Assembly (NCBI GenBank): GCA_963840855.1
Contig: CAWJBB010000030.1
Coordinates: 96,001-160,000 of the forward strand
Direction of reading: 5' to 3'
Source: an uncultured delta proteobacterium
GTDB lineage: Bacteria; Desulfobacterota; Binatia; UBA9968
DNA: 64,000 nt
Made by a program: the position numbers and the translations under genes. Positions 43,929 through 52,955 of the stretch are shown here, in pieces; within the stretch, counting starts at the first letter, position 1; each line of letters starts with the position of its first letter. The notes beneath the pieces are model-generated. The model saw only the letters and a program-made list of their open reading frames with translations. It had not been told where the DNA came from and did not search any database.

Positions 43929-44531
43929 ATGAAAGGTGCACCGTTGCCGCCGATCGGCCGGTCGAACACCGCTTTGGTGTTGCATGACATGCAAAACGAC
44001 TTCATCAAGGCGTCGCTGTCCAAGCCCGAAATGCAGGCCGTCGTAAAGCGAACGAAAGCTCTCATCGATCTCGCGCACAAACTGCCTATTCCCGTGATCT
44101 ACACCAGGGTGGAGAGTGATCCAGCCATGACTTTCCCGAAAGAGCGGGCGCCGTACCTAAGCCGCGCGACTCCGCCGATGTGCGTCAAGGGTACTGCGGG
44201 AGCAGAGGTTATCGATGAATTGAAGCCTGGCGCCGATGACTATGTCGTAACCAAGGTAAGATCGAGCGCTTTTCACGAAACCAAATTGGAAACTCTTTTG
44301 AGGGTCAAAGGGGCTTGGATCTTGATCGTCGCCGGAGGCTCGACCAATTGGGGGGTGGAGTGGCTGGCGCGAGACGCCAAGTCCCGCGATATCGTTACCG
44401 TCGCCTTGCGGGACTGCACCTACTCGGCGACAGCCGAAGCGCAGGATGCCAGCCTTGCGAATATCGATGACTTCCTGGGATACGTGATGGACTCCGGCCA
44501 GATAATGGAAATGCTTTCAAAGCCCGGATAA
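43929..44531 (+). CDS. Isochorismatase / cysteine-hydrolase family protein
   Basis: LHDMQNDF, TKVRSSAF, GGSTNWGVE (Gly at the nucleophile position). Confidence 0.85.
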   Translation: MKGAPLPPIGRSNTALVLHDMQNDFIKASLSKPEMQAVVKRTKALIDLAHKLPIPVIYTRVESDPAMTFPKERAPYLSRATPPMCVKGTAGAEVIDELKPGADDYVVTKVRSSAFHETKLETLLRVKGAWILIVAGGSTNWGVEWLARDAKSRDIVTVALRDCTYSATAEAQDASLANIDDFLGYVMDSGQIMEMLSKPG

Positions 44532-44554
44532 CAATTAATAAAGACGAGATCCTC

Positions 44555-44923
44555 TTATCTTCTTCTTCCCTGCGGGCGTCTAAAGAAGGACGGCTTGAAC
44601 TCCTCCCTCGCCCCAGCGGCCTTTTTCAGCATCTTCGCTACCGTTACTCCCATGACATCCACTACATAGTTCGATAGCAAGTGATCGCGCTTACTCTTGA
44701 TCTTTTGCCGGATCGCATTCTTGACCACGGCGTCCTGCCCCGCCGCTCGCAGGTCGTCGGTCACTAGAGAAACAATTCCTTCGCGCCCGCGCGTTGACAG
44801 CCGAAGAGAGAATCTTCCTTCTTGAGTCTGGTCCATCAAGCTGTACTCGAGCTTTTTGTCTATGCTGCGGATAATGCCTCTTAATAGCTCTGCGGTTTGT
44901 TTAACCACGTCACGTTGAGCCAT
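44555..44923 (-). CDS. Small basic hypothetical protein
   Basis: RBS GGAGG before ATG 44923; about 122 aa with an Arg-rich tail. Confidence 0.65.
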   Translation of the reverse strand: MAQRDVVKQTAELLRGIIRSIDKKLEYSLMDQTQEGRFSLRLSTRGREGIVSLVTDDLRAAGQDAVVKNAIRQKIKSKRDHLLSNYVVDVMGVTVAKMLKKAAGAREEFKPSFFRRPQGRRR

Positions 44924-45041
44924 GGAACCTCCCTTTGTTTGCGGATCGACAAAAACCCTGGGGTGCCGATCAAGCATTAGAATCACGGACGTAACCGCAT
45001 CTACTCCCGGGGAATCGGGCCAAACCGATTCGCTTCATGCG

Positions 45042-45074
45042 AGAAAAGAGGGACAACCCGACGCATTGCCCCTC
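45042..45074 (-). terminator. Intrinsic terminator after the RRM gene
   Basis: Minus strand GAGGGGCAAT-loop-GTTGTCCCTC followed by TTTTCT. Confidence 0.6.
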
Positions 45075-45099
45075 GGACGATTAGCTCTGGACGAAAAAA

Positions 45100-45402
45100 C
45101 TACCAGCGATTATTTCCGCCGTCGCGGCGGCCGCCACCATCGTTATCGCGCCGCGCCATCGGCTTGGCTTCGTTAACGGTCAGGGTGCGCCCGTCGAGCT
45201 GGGTTCCGTTCAGCGACTCGATGGCTTTTTGGGCCTCGCTGCTCGAACCCATCTCCACGAAGCCGAATCCCCGCGATTGTCCCGTAAACTTATCCGAGAT
45301 CACATTGGCCGATGCGACGGTCCCATGCGCTGAAAAGACTTCCTCCAGGCGCGCCCCGGTCACTGAATAAGGTAGCCCGCCAACATATAATTTATTACCC
45401 AT
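45100..45402 (-). CDS. RRM RNA-binding protein (Rbp type, Gly/Arg-rich tail)
   Basis: RNP2 KLYVGGL, RNP1 RGFGFVEM, GRTLTVNEAKP. Confidence 0.95.
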   Translation of the reverse strand: MGNKLYVGGLPYSVTGARLEEVFSAHGTVASANVISDKFTGQSRGFGFVEMGSSSEAQKAIESLNGTQLDGRTLTVNEAKPMARRDNDGGGRRDGGNNRW

Positions 45403-45875
45403 GTTCTCCTCCTATGAGAGAATGTTTGTGTCTTTAACCCTGAGATTCAGACTGCTATAGGGCAGAACATGGGCAACTTATCTACTGAAACCACGCTCTG
45501 GTCGGATTGTCCTTTAGAGAACGTTTCGCAAGGAGAGACGATTTGCAGGCCTTCAACTCTGTGTCTTCCTCTTTCAGAAGGCCCGTTACTGAAGTAGGAA
45601 TTATAGCGTACGGGTTAGGAGAGCTGCTGTCAACCTTAAGCGCGACTTTATTCTTAGCGTCAAAACGCGCTTGGATCGCGACGCCAAATGAACGAAACCG
45701 CTTCACGGGCGGGGTCTTGACCCCGCTTTCACCAAGGGGATGCTCGTCCCCTTTGACCTCATAATCTTGTTTCCGCCTCAAGGGGCAGGGTTAACATAGA
45801 ATACATCTGGGCAATGTGGGGCGGTCGGTACAAGGCCGCAAGTAACTGCACAGTTTCGAGTAAATCGTGGACAAA

Positions 45876-47072
45876 TTACTCCGCCAGGTCTCCGGCACAG
45901 CGAAATCCCACATCATCGGCACGATTTGCGGGGCCTGCGTACATGCGCCGGCTCGACTTTAGTCGATCCGGATGGTCGTACCAACCGCCACCGCGAATCA
46001 CTTTTCCCTTGCCGCTCTCCGGCCCCTTTGGATTTCTCACGTCACCGCGGGCGAAACTTTCCGCGTACCAGTCCGCAACCCACTCTGAAGCATTGCCCGC
46101 GAGATCCTGCACGCCATACGGGCTATTACCGGACTCGCGACCGCTCACCGGCATGAGCCCTCCCTTGTAAGGACCTTCGGAGGATTTACCAAAGTTAGCG
46201 CGCGCAGGCGTGGGTTCGTCATTGCCCCAGGGATACTTGCGGCCATCCGCGCCGCGCGCCGCCTTTTCCCACTCGGCTTCGGTAGGTAAACGCTTGCCCG
46301 CCCAACGGCAGTATGCGTCGGCGTCGTGCCAATCCACGCCGACCACCGGCAGCGCACCGGTGCTGTCAAGGCGCGCTTCCTGCCAGTGATCGGGCGGTTT
46401 CACGCCGCCGGTATTCTTTAGATACTTAGCATAGCGCGAAACCGTCACCTCGTGCTTGTCGATAAAGAAACCGTTTAAATAGACCTCTCGCAAGGGTGAG
46501 TCTTCATTATCTCCCATGGTAAAACTGCCGGCGGGAATGACCACTGCAGGCGCTCCGTCCTTGCCGGCGGTCTTCAGTTGCGATGCCCGTTTCATCCAAT
46601 AGGCATACGCTCCGACGAAGACCACGCTCGCGGCTGCCACTCCGATTACCATTATTTTCAGGCGTGCGCGCCATCGCGCCAGAGCAATGCGGTGGACTGC
46701 GTCGGTCACACCGGCCGCCATATTGCCCTCGGGTTCCAGAAATGTGATCGCTTTCAAATAGGCGGGGACCTGATCGAAGCCAATCGGCCGCAAAACCACG
46801 GGTAGAAGCCGGCCGGCGGGATGTTCCCAAGTCTTTTGCGCGATACCGAGTTCGGTCAGCGTGTAACTGCCGGCGTCCAGCGAGTTTGGACTCAGCATGA
46901 AAATAAACAGCTGGGACTTCTCGATGGCCCGCCGGATCCGTACATCAAACTCTTCGCCCGGCGGAAGATCGCCGCGATCGAAAAATACGCTGTGCCGCTG
47001 TGCGCGCAGCGCCAGATAAATGGGTTCCACGAGCTTGCGGTCCTCGGCGGAATAGCTCAGGAACACTCTCAT
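45876..47072 (-). CDS. TIR domain - TM helix - FGE-sulfatase (SUMF1/CLec-fold) fusion protein
   Basis: VFLSYS, FFDR, LSPNS..SYT.TEL (TIR); TM VIGVAAASVVFVGAYAYW; F.MG, HEVT, RLPTEAEWEKAARG, YPWG, GNASEW, RGGGW, GFRCA (FGE). Confidence 0.88.
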   Translation of the reverse strand: MRVFLSYSAEDRKLVEPIYLALRAQRHSVFFDRGDLPPGEEFDVRIRRAIEKSQLFIFMLSPNSLDAGSYTLTELGIAQKTWEHPAGRLLPVVLRPIGFDQVPAYLKAITFLEPEGNMAAGVTDAVHRIALARWRARLKIMVIGVAAASVVFVGAYAYWMKRASQLKTAGKDGAPAVVIPAGSFTMGDNEDSPLREVYLNGFFIDKHEVTVSRYAKYLKNTGGVKPPDHWQEARLDSTGALPVVGVDWHDADAYCRWAGKRLPTEAEWEKAARGADGRKYPWGNDEPTPARANFGKSSEGPYKGGLMPVSGRESGNSPYGVQDLAGNASEWVADWYAESFARGDVRNPKGPESGKGKVIRGGGWYDHPDRLKSSRRMYAGPANRADDVGFRCAGDLAE

Positions 47073-47582
47073 CGTCCGAATAACAGCACGCAGGCTACGG
47101 ACTTACAAGCACCGATGTCAGGACTGTTTGTAAGATGCATGCGCGCCTGGAGCATTTGAAAACTCGGTTTTCCGAGCTCGTCGAGCGCAAAGATTTCGCC
47201 GTTGATGATGAAACGATCCCATGGTAAGCGATTGAGCGCGTCTCTCACTTCCGGGTAACGGCTGCTAACGGCAGTTTTGTTGCGCCCGAACAGTTCCACT
47301 GAGTCTCCATGGCGTTCGGCCAACACGCGTACGCCGTCATACCAGCCGTTTCTCTTCCGCGCGCACGGACGGTCCCTTCGGCACAGCCCAACTCTTGAGA
47401 ACCCCCTGCATCTCTAGACGCAGGTCGTAGTGGAGGTTGCGAGCGCCGTGCTGTTGAATGACAAAGCGCCATCCCGGCGCGGCGCTGCCAGATCCGAACG
47501 GTTCGGGAGTGCGCTCGGGATCGCGTTTTTTTCTATAGAGATCGAGCTTGGAGACAGGTGTCACTTTTTGAAAATAACCCAT
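47069..47582 (-). pseudogene. ligD: Internally deleted and truncated LigD (phosphoesterase N-terminus joined to a ligase fragment)
   Basis: [40 protein letters not shown]....KRL is joined out of frame to [26 protein letters not shown]. Confidence 0.8.
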
Positions 47583-47632
47583 GGATTAAAGGCGATCAAT
47601 TTGATAAATATCGCGATCAAGGAGGACATGCT

Positions 47633-48490
47633 ATGCCCCCACGCGCAGTCGGCTCCGGAGCTATTTCCTTTGGCCTGGTCTCGATCCCTGTCAAGCTTTA
47701 TACCGCCGCTTCATCCGAGTCCCCGAGTTTCAATCTGCTGCACGCGAAATGCGGCAACCGCATCCGCCAGCAGCGCTTCTGTCCGGTGTGCAACGCGGTT
47801 GTGGAGCGTGATGATTTGATCAAAGGATACGAATTCGCGAAAGATCAATACGTCAAGGTTTCCGACGACGAGCTCAAGGCGCTCGAAGGCGAAGCTTCCA
47901 AAGCGATTGAAATTTCCGAGTTCGTCCCTCTATCCACCGTAGATCCGATTTACTTCGAAAAAAGCTACTACCTCGGACCCGACAAGGGCGGTGACAAGCC
48001 GTATCGTCTACTGGCGGATGCGATGGGGGAGGCCGGCAAAGTCGCACTGGCTAAGTTCGTCATGCGCGGGAGGGAAAATCTCGTTCTCATAAGGTCGTCA
48101 CAAAAAGGACTCATGCTCCATACGATGTATTTTGCCGATGAAGTGCGCGACTTCAACGAGATCGAAAAAGGCGAATCGGCCAAGATCAGCGGCGCCGAAA
48201 CGAGCCTGGCTATGCGTCTGATCGACGAATTATCGAACGATCAGTTCAAGCCCGAGAATTATGAAGACGAGTATCGGCAGCGAGTGTTGGATCTGGTTAA
48301 TTCCAAGGCGGAGGGAAAGGAAATCACGGTTGTTGAACCTGGAGCCAAGCGCGCGCAGGTTATCGATTTAATGGCGGCCCTCAAAGAGAGCCTGGGAAAG
48401 AAGCAGTCCAAAGAAAAGAAACCGGCCATCCAGGCCAAAGCGAGCGAGTCGGAAAAAGGCAGGAAAAAAGCTCAATCCTCCAAAAAATGA
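47633..48490 (+). CDS. ku: NHEJ DNA end-binding protein Ku
   Basis: GAISFGLVSIPVKL, KGYE, DPIYFEKSYYL.P, Y.LL..AM, DEY, VIDLMAALKESL, basic tail. Confidence 0.95.
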   Translation: MPPRAVGSGAISFGLVSIPVKLYTAASSESPSFNLLHAKCGNRIRQQRFCPVCNAVVERDDLIKGYEFAKDQYVKVSDDELKALEGEASKAIEISEFVPLSTVDPIYFEKSYYLGPDKGGDKPYRLLADAMGEAGKVALAKFVMRGRENLVLIRSSQKGLMLHTMYFADEVRDFNEIEKGESAKISGAETSLAMRLIDELSNDQFKPENYEDEYRQRVLDLVNSKAEGKEITVVEPGAKRAQVIDLMAALKESLGKKQSKEKKPAIQAKASESEKGRKKAQSSKK

Positions 48491-49308
48491 AACTTTTCAC
48501 CACCGGCGAGGTGGGAAAGCTGCTCAATCTTCCGGATAGTCGTATCCGTTCGTTCGTGCGGGCGGGTTTTCTTGCGCCCGGCCGCGGAAAAAAAAAGAGC
48601 CTTCAATTCACTTTTCAAGACATGCTTTTGCTAAAGACCGCCAAGGGCCTTCTCGACTCACGTGTGCCCGCGAAGCGGATTATCCGCATGCTGTCTTCCC
48701 TCAAACGCCAGCTTGCCCAGGGCCGCCATTTGGCCAGCGTCAAGATTTATGCAGACGGCAAGCGAGTCGTTGCCTGGGATGGAAACGCTCGCTGGCAGCC
48801 CGATTCCGGACAATTTCTATTCAACTTTGACGTCCGCAGCGTAATCCCGACGGCAAACCTGCCGACAAATCGGGTTAAAGCGCAGAAAGAGAGTTTGAAC
48901 GCGGACGATTGGTTCAACCTCGGCATCGAGTTGGAAGGGACATCGTTGAAGGAAGCACAGCGCGCCTATCACATGGCCCTGGCGATCGATCCGCACATGG
49001 CGGTTGCGCACCTCAATCTAGGCAAGCTCTACCATGACGCGAAGGAGCTGAAGAAGGCTGAAGCGCATTATCGAGCGGCCGCTGAGAGCGCGCCCGAAGA
49101 TTCGGCGCCGCGTTTCAACCTGGGTGTCTTAATGGAAGATATAAATCAACCTCAAAGGGCGCTGAGCGCTTATCGCGAGGCGATCAAGCTCGACCCTTGC
49201 TTCGGCGACGCGCACTATAATCTAGGTCTATTGCTCGACAAGCTAGGCAAAAAATCCGAAGCCTTCTCCCACTTGCGTACGGCGCGAAAAATTTACCTGG
49301 GTAAATAA
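48487..49308 (+). CDS. MerR-like HTH + TPR protein
   Basis: N-terminal FTTGEV.KLL..RIRS....GFL.P..FTFQD; C-terminal TPRs (AHLNLG, RFNLG, AHYNLG). ATGA overlap with the ku stop codon. Confidence 0.82.
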   Translation: MKLFTTGEVGKLLNLPDSRIRSFVRAGFLAPGRGKKKSLQFTFQDMLLLKTAKGLLDSRVPAKRIIRMLSSLKRQLAQGRHLASVKIYADGKRVVAWDGNARWQPDSGQFLFNFDVRSVIPTANLPTNRVKAQKESLNADDWFNLGIELEGTSLKEAQRAYHMALAIDPHMAVAHLNLGKLYHDAKELKKAEAHYRAAAESAPEDSAPRFNLGVLMEDINQPQRALSAYREAIKLDPCFGDAHYNLGLLLDKLGKKSEAFSHLRTARKIYLGK

Positions 49309-49386
49309 TCAGTCGCTCTCCGTCTTAAAGCTTACTGAGTCCAACCTGGCGGCTTTGCGGTTGCAGATATCGCTCTGCAGCCTCGT

Positions 49387-49632
49387 TTACGACCTCAGCT
49401 GACTATCGATGTGGGCGCAGGCGAATCGACGCATGTAGTCTTCTGCTTCAGTTGCGGTCGAGAAACTTCGCTGGCTGGAGAATTCAAAATGCTGCCCGTC
49501 GGTGAAGTCGATATGACCATGCCATGTCCATGCGTAGGTGCCCCGGTCTTTACGAACTGTTGCGACGATCGCTTGGTTACGGTGCGAATCGGTAATTTTG
49601 TACCTGGATCGTTCCTCATTATTATTGCTCAT
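49387..49632 (-). CDS. Small hypothetical protein
   Basis: 81-aa ORF with a beta-strand-rich N-half and a C-terminal helix (F.TATEAEDY). Confidence 0.5.
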   Translation of the reverse strand: MSNNNEERSRYKITDSHRNQAIVATVRKDRGTYAWTWHGHIDFTDGQHFEFSSQRSFSTATEAEDYMRRFACAHIDSQLRS

Positions 49633-49814
49633 ACCAGCCACTCTAGTGCTCTGCGAGTTTTTTAGCAAACACGCATGACCGCGGTTCGGATTCCGGAAAA
49701 AGCAGCAACCCCCAATATTGATCCCTTTGTTCCCGCTCAGGGCGAACGCTGGCGCGCTTAACTTCGTGCATCAATTGCCATTCATACTGAGCGAGTTGAT
49801 TGCATGCGCCCATC

Positions 49815-50050
49815 CTACTTTCTAATTCCCAGCTCTTTTTGCGCCGCGCGCAGCGGTGCGAGGTCGACAATCTCGTTCACGGGTATGTCCCGCGTGAGCT
49901 TGAGCTCTGTCTTCGCTTGCTCCACCACCATGCGCAAACCTTCCTGGGGAATATTTCCGTCCGGACTGAACACTTTCCAGGCGGAATCGTAGGAAGCCAC
50001 CGCATGCTCACGCTCCACCTTTCCCCATTCCATCAGGACCCTCACGGCAC
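49815..50050 (-). pseudogene. C-terminal remnant of an NMT1/TauA-like ABC substrate-binding protein
   Basis: LMEWGKV..YDS..FS.DG.IP..GL..D...LRAAQKELG is typical of these SBP C-termini; the 5' part is replaced by a low-complexity tract. Confidence 0.55.
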
Positions 50051-50317
50051 CTTCCTCCTCCCTACCTCTTCCTTTTTTTCCCCCTCCCTCCCCTCTGTTT
50101 CCCGCTCGCCCCCCCTTCCTATAGTATTCGTTAGGGTCAATGCTGAGCGAACGGGTTTCCAATTGTCGCTGAAGGTCAGCCGGAGAATGTGGTGTAACAC
50201 CAGCCGCCTAGAATGAACTCCGCCATTCTCGGGCTTGCCAACTATCGTGGCTATCCGTACAATCCTGCGCCAGACAATACTCCGCTGCATAACGGCTCCG
50301 AGGGGAGGTGCCTAGGT

Positions 50318-50680
50318 ATGATCCGCTTTCAGATTATCGAACGCACCGGAGCGAATCTTCAGAAGACACTCGTCGATGCGATGCGCGCCGGCGAGCTGCG
50401 CACTTTCGAAGCAACCAGGCGGGGTCGACGGATCCAGCATAAGAACGTACTATATCCCGGTTGGATGAACTGGTCTGTCCACGATGGCATGATCAATTGC
50501 GAAGTCGTCAGTCCGTATAAGCCCGGTCGCGAGTGGCAGTTCTTCAGCGCCTTCCTCGGCCGCCTGGCAGATCGTTATGCGGACCAGATCGTAGGCATCA
50601 ATATTCAATTCCCCGCCGAGACGGCAGAGTCCCGCAGGAAAGTGGTCAAGAAGCGCCGGCGCAAACGCCGCGGCAGGTAA
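50318..50680 (+). CDS. Hypothetical protein
   Basis: RBS GGAGG, about 120 aa, YPGWMNW and FLGRLADRY, basic tail. Confidence 0.65.
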   Translation: MIRFQIIERTGANLQKTLVDAMRAGELRTFEATRRGRRIQHKNVLYPGWMNWSVHDGMINCEVVSPYKPGREWQFFSAFLGRLADRYADQIVGINIQFPAETAESRRKVVKKRRRKRRGR

Positions 50681-50794
50681 TTTTCCCCTGGGTTCGACAT
50701 CACGGCGGCTGAATAATGTGTGCGGCGTTGATAGACTGAAAAAGGAATTTTGTTCCGGTGCATGGCCGGACCTAGAATCTGGGGGGATTCTTGA

Positions 50795-51304
50795 ATGACG
50801 GTACGCTCCGAAACAAAGGGTAGCGTCTGGCAGGAGAAATCACCGGCGCGGCCCGGCGATAAGAACCGACTTCTTTTTGCCAGATTTTTAGCCGACCTGC
50901 TGGACCAGCGGTTCACGATCCCGGGCACGTCCATACGGATCGGGCTGGATCCTATCCTGGGATTGATTCCAGGGGTCGGTGATGTTCTCGCAAATATCGC
51001 CGGCTCGGCCATTCTCGTGCTTGCCGCCCAACTGAACGTTCCAAAAATCGTCCTGATTCGCATGGGGTTCAACATCGCCGGTAACGCGCTGATCGGCGCC
51101 ATTCCGATCTTCGGCGATATTTTTTCTATCTGGTTTCGGAGCAACGCCAGAAACGCCGAATTGCTCGAGCGCCATGCCGTAACCGGAGCACGCCGCGCCC
51201 GGTTTGGCGACTGGCTGTTCGTGACTGGGATCATTTCGATCGTCGTCTTGATTGTGGCCGGAACTCTACTGGCGATCGTCTGGCTCATACGCTCGCTCGC
51301 ATAG
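50795..51304 (+). CDS. DUF4112 domain membrane protein
   Basis: LLD..F.IPGT..RIGLDPILGLIPGVGD, GAIPIFGD.F...FRSN.RN..LL. Confidence 0.88.
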   Translation: MTVRSETKGSVWQEKSPARPGDKNRLLFARFLADLLDQRFTIPGTSIRIGLDPILGLIPGVGDVLANIAGSAILVLAAQLNVPKIVLIRMGFNIAGNALIGAIPIFGDIFSIWFRSNARNAELLERHAVTGARRARFGDWLFVTGIISIVVLIVAGTLLAIVWLIRSLA

Positions 51305-51344
51305 TCTTCCGCGGAGATATCGTGGTTCCGATCCGTTGGAGATC

Positions 51345-52487
51345 TTATCTATCTTGGCATGCTTTGATGTTCGCAGCGCTGAAAAAGCCGCGGTCACCAC
51401 TGTACCAATCGGGAGCCAAACCGAAAGTCTCCTGATGACGCTTCAGCGACGGTGTGACGTGGATGTGATCGGAGGGATTACCTTCAAGCACGCGGTACTG
51501 GGTGATCAAACCGCGGGCACTTTCAGCGAGAAAGATCTTGTGGCCGAACTCCATCGGTTTTTGTACTTTCCCCCGCTTGATCAGATCACTGTGGGGTTCA
51601 AAGATCGAGTAGATTTTCTCCTCGGTTGGAACCTGCTCTCCCTTGAGCACGCGTCGGCTGCTCTGATCGATGACGCGGGTGCCGAGTTGGCAGTAGTGAT
51701 CGATCTTTCTTCGAAGCTCGTTAATGATAATGTCGTCCATCAGGTCAACAGCGCATTGATCTTTGGTCTTTTCGAGCACCGCTCGGGCATTTTGGACGAC
51801 CTGCTGGGTGGTCCCGATGAGTTGGCGATATTTACCCTTTTGCTGGGTGTGGCGTTGCCTCGCTGTCATGCGTTGGATCTCTTGCATGCGACGCTGTGCA
51901 CAGCGTGTGTGGTTAGTAAAGTTATCGATCCCATTGGGAAGAAGTTTTCCGAGACGATCGATGAGCCGCGTCAGGACGCGCACTACATCCCAGAGCAAAG
52001 TATTATCGGTTGGATGATGGATATCGGTTTCGGTGACCGTCGTATCGACGCGCAGTCTCTTGCCGTCCTCCAGTCCCAGATCGACGGCAGCTTTAAGGAC
52101 CAAGTCATTGATGGCTTGTATGGTTTTGGGGTGAAGTTTATTAAAGGCCCGATTGAAAGCGTCATGCTTGGGTACGCGCCGGCTGTAAAAACCCGTGAAT
52201 CGGCGCAGCGTGTATCCGTCAGCGATTCGTTCGCTGAGTTCCCGATAGTCCCAGTTCTTCACTCGCATCAGGATCAGCGACCGAAGCACCTGCGCCGGGG
52301 TCATGGCTGTGCGGCCGGTGGCAGGCTTTTTCAGACCCAGCTGAAGATCTTGGCGCACCGGCTCGATGATCTGTGGCCGATAATCGAGGAAGTCGGACAT
52401 CCTCTTGAGAATCGGGTCGAGATCGATCCCCTGAGTGAGAAATTCCAGATCAGCGAAGCTGACTTGCGGCTCGACGACTCTTGTCAT
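51345..52487 (-). pseudogene. DDE transposase, C-terminally truncated
   Basis: GR..M, RVDTTV.ETDIHHPTD, KIYSIFEPH..I.RGK, EFG.K, GDRGF; the ORF stops before the catalytic Glu region. Confidence 0.8.
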
Positions 52488-52831
52488 GGTTTGATCTTTT
52501 GAATCTTTGTGGTCCTTTGATGCTTGAGGGCTTTGGTATATCGAAGAGCGGTTTGATGCAGCAGCTCCTGAAGAACACGGCCGTTGTCGAGGCTAAGCCG
52601 TATCTCTGGGACCAATGGCTCTGGGATGTAAATCGCAAAGCGGCGTCCTTTAATGCGCACGTATAGGATATGACTGGGGTGCTGTTCGCCCGAACGGCAG
52701 GCTGCGCAGTGTTCGCGCACGCAGGGACTTCGCCGCAGGCTCAACGACCCCAGCGCAGCCGGCCACAGCCCTGCGGCTTGTTTTTGGAACCATTGCTCGA
52801 CATCGGCGGCAGTTTCAGTTTTGCGCGACAT
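52484..52831 (-). CDS. DUF6788-like IS accessory protein
   Basis: GSLS....C....C..C..GE.H motif; its stop overlaps the transposase ATG. Confidence 0.7.
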   Translation of the reverse strand: MSRKTETAADVEQWFQKQAAGLWPAALGSLSLRRSPCVREHCAACRSGEQHPSHILYVRIKGRRFAIYIPEPLVPEIRLSLDNGRVLQELLHQTALRYTKALKHQRTTKIQKIKP

Positions 52832-52955
52832 GTTCTATGTGTGCCATAAGGCATACATGCTTGTCAAGTAAAAAATGAAACTAAGAAGTAAAAAATTCTT
52901 GATTTAGCAGTGAGTTGCGAGTTTCGCGACAGAAACTAGACTAGCGGGAGGTCGC

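Larger units (their letters stand above)
51345..52944 (-). mobile_element. Truncated insertion sequence (ISNCY/IS5-like DDE transposase plus small accessory ORF)
   Basis: Two coupled ORFs. Candidate end GTTTCGCGACAGAAACTAG-ACTAG at 52921-52944; no matching end seen near 51345. Confidence 0.7.

Noticed and set aside
41992-43941. 649-aa minus-strand ORF
   Set aside because: It is the antisense shadow of the FAD-dependent dehydrogenase, has no motifs, and is expected from GC-rich codon bias.
45482-45781. Short ORFs on both strands upstream of the RRM gene
   Set aside because: No RBS or recognisable motif, and they overlap each other; treated as non-coding.
45876-46100. Diversity-generating retroelement targeting the FGE domain
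   Set aside because: No reverse transcriptase and no template-repeat copy are visible in the window.
51252-52502. 416-aa plus-strand ORF
   Set aside because: Antisense shadow of the transposase.
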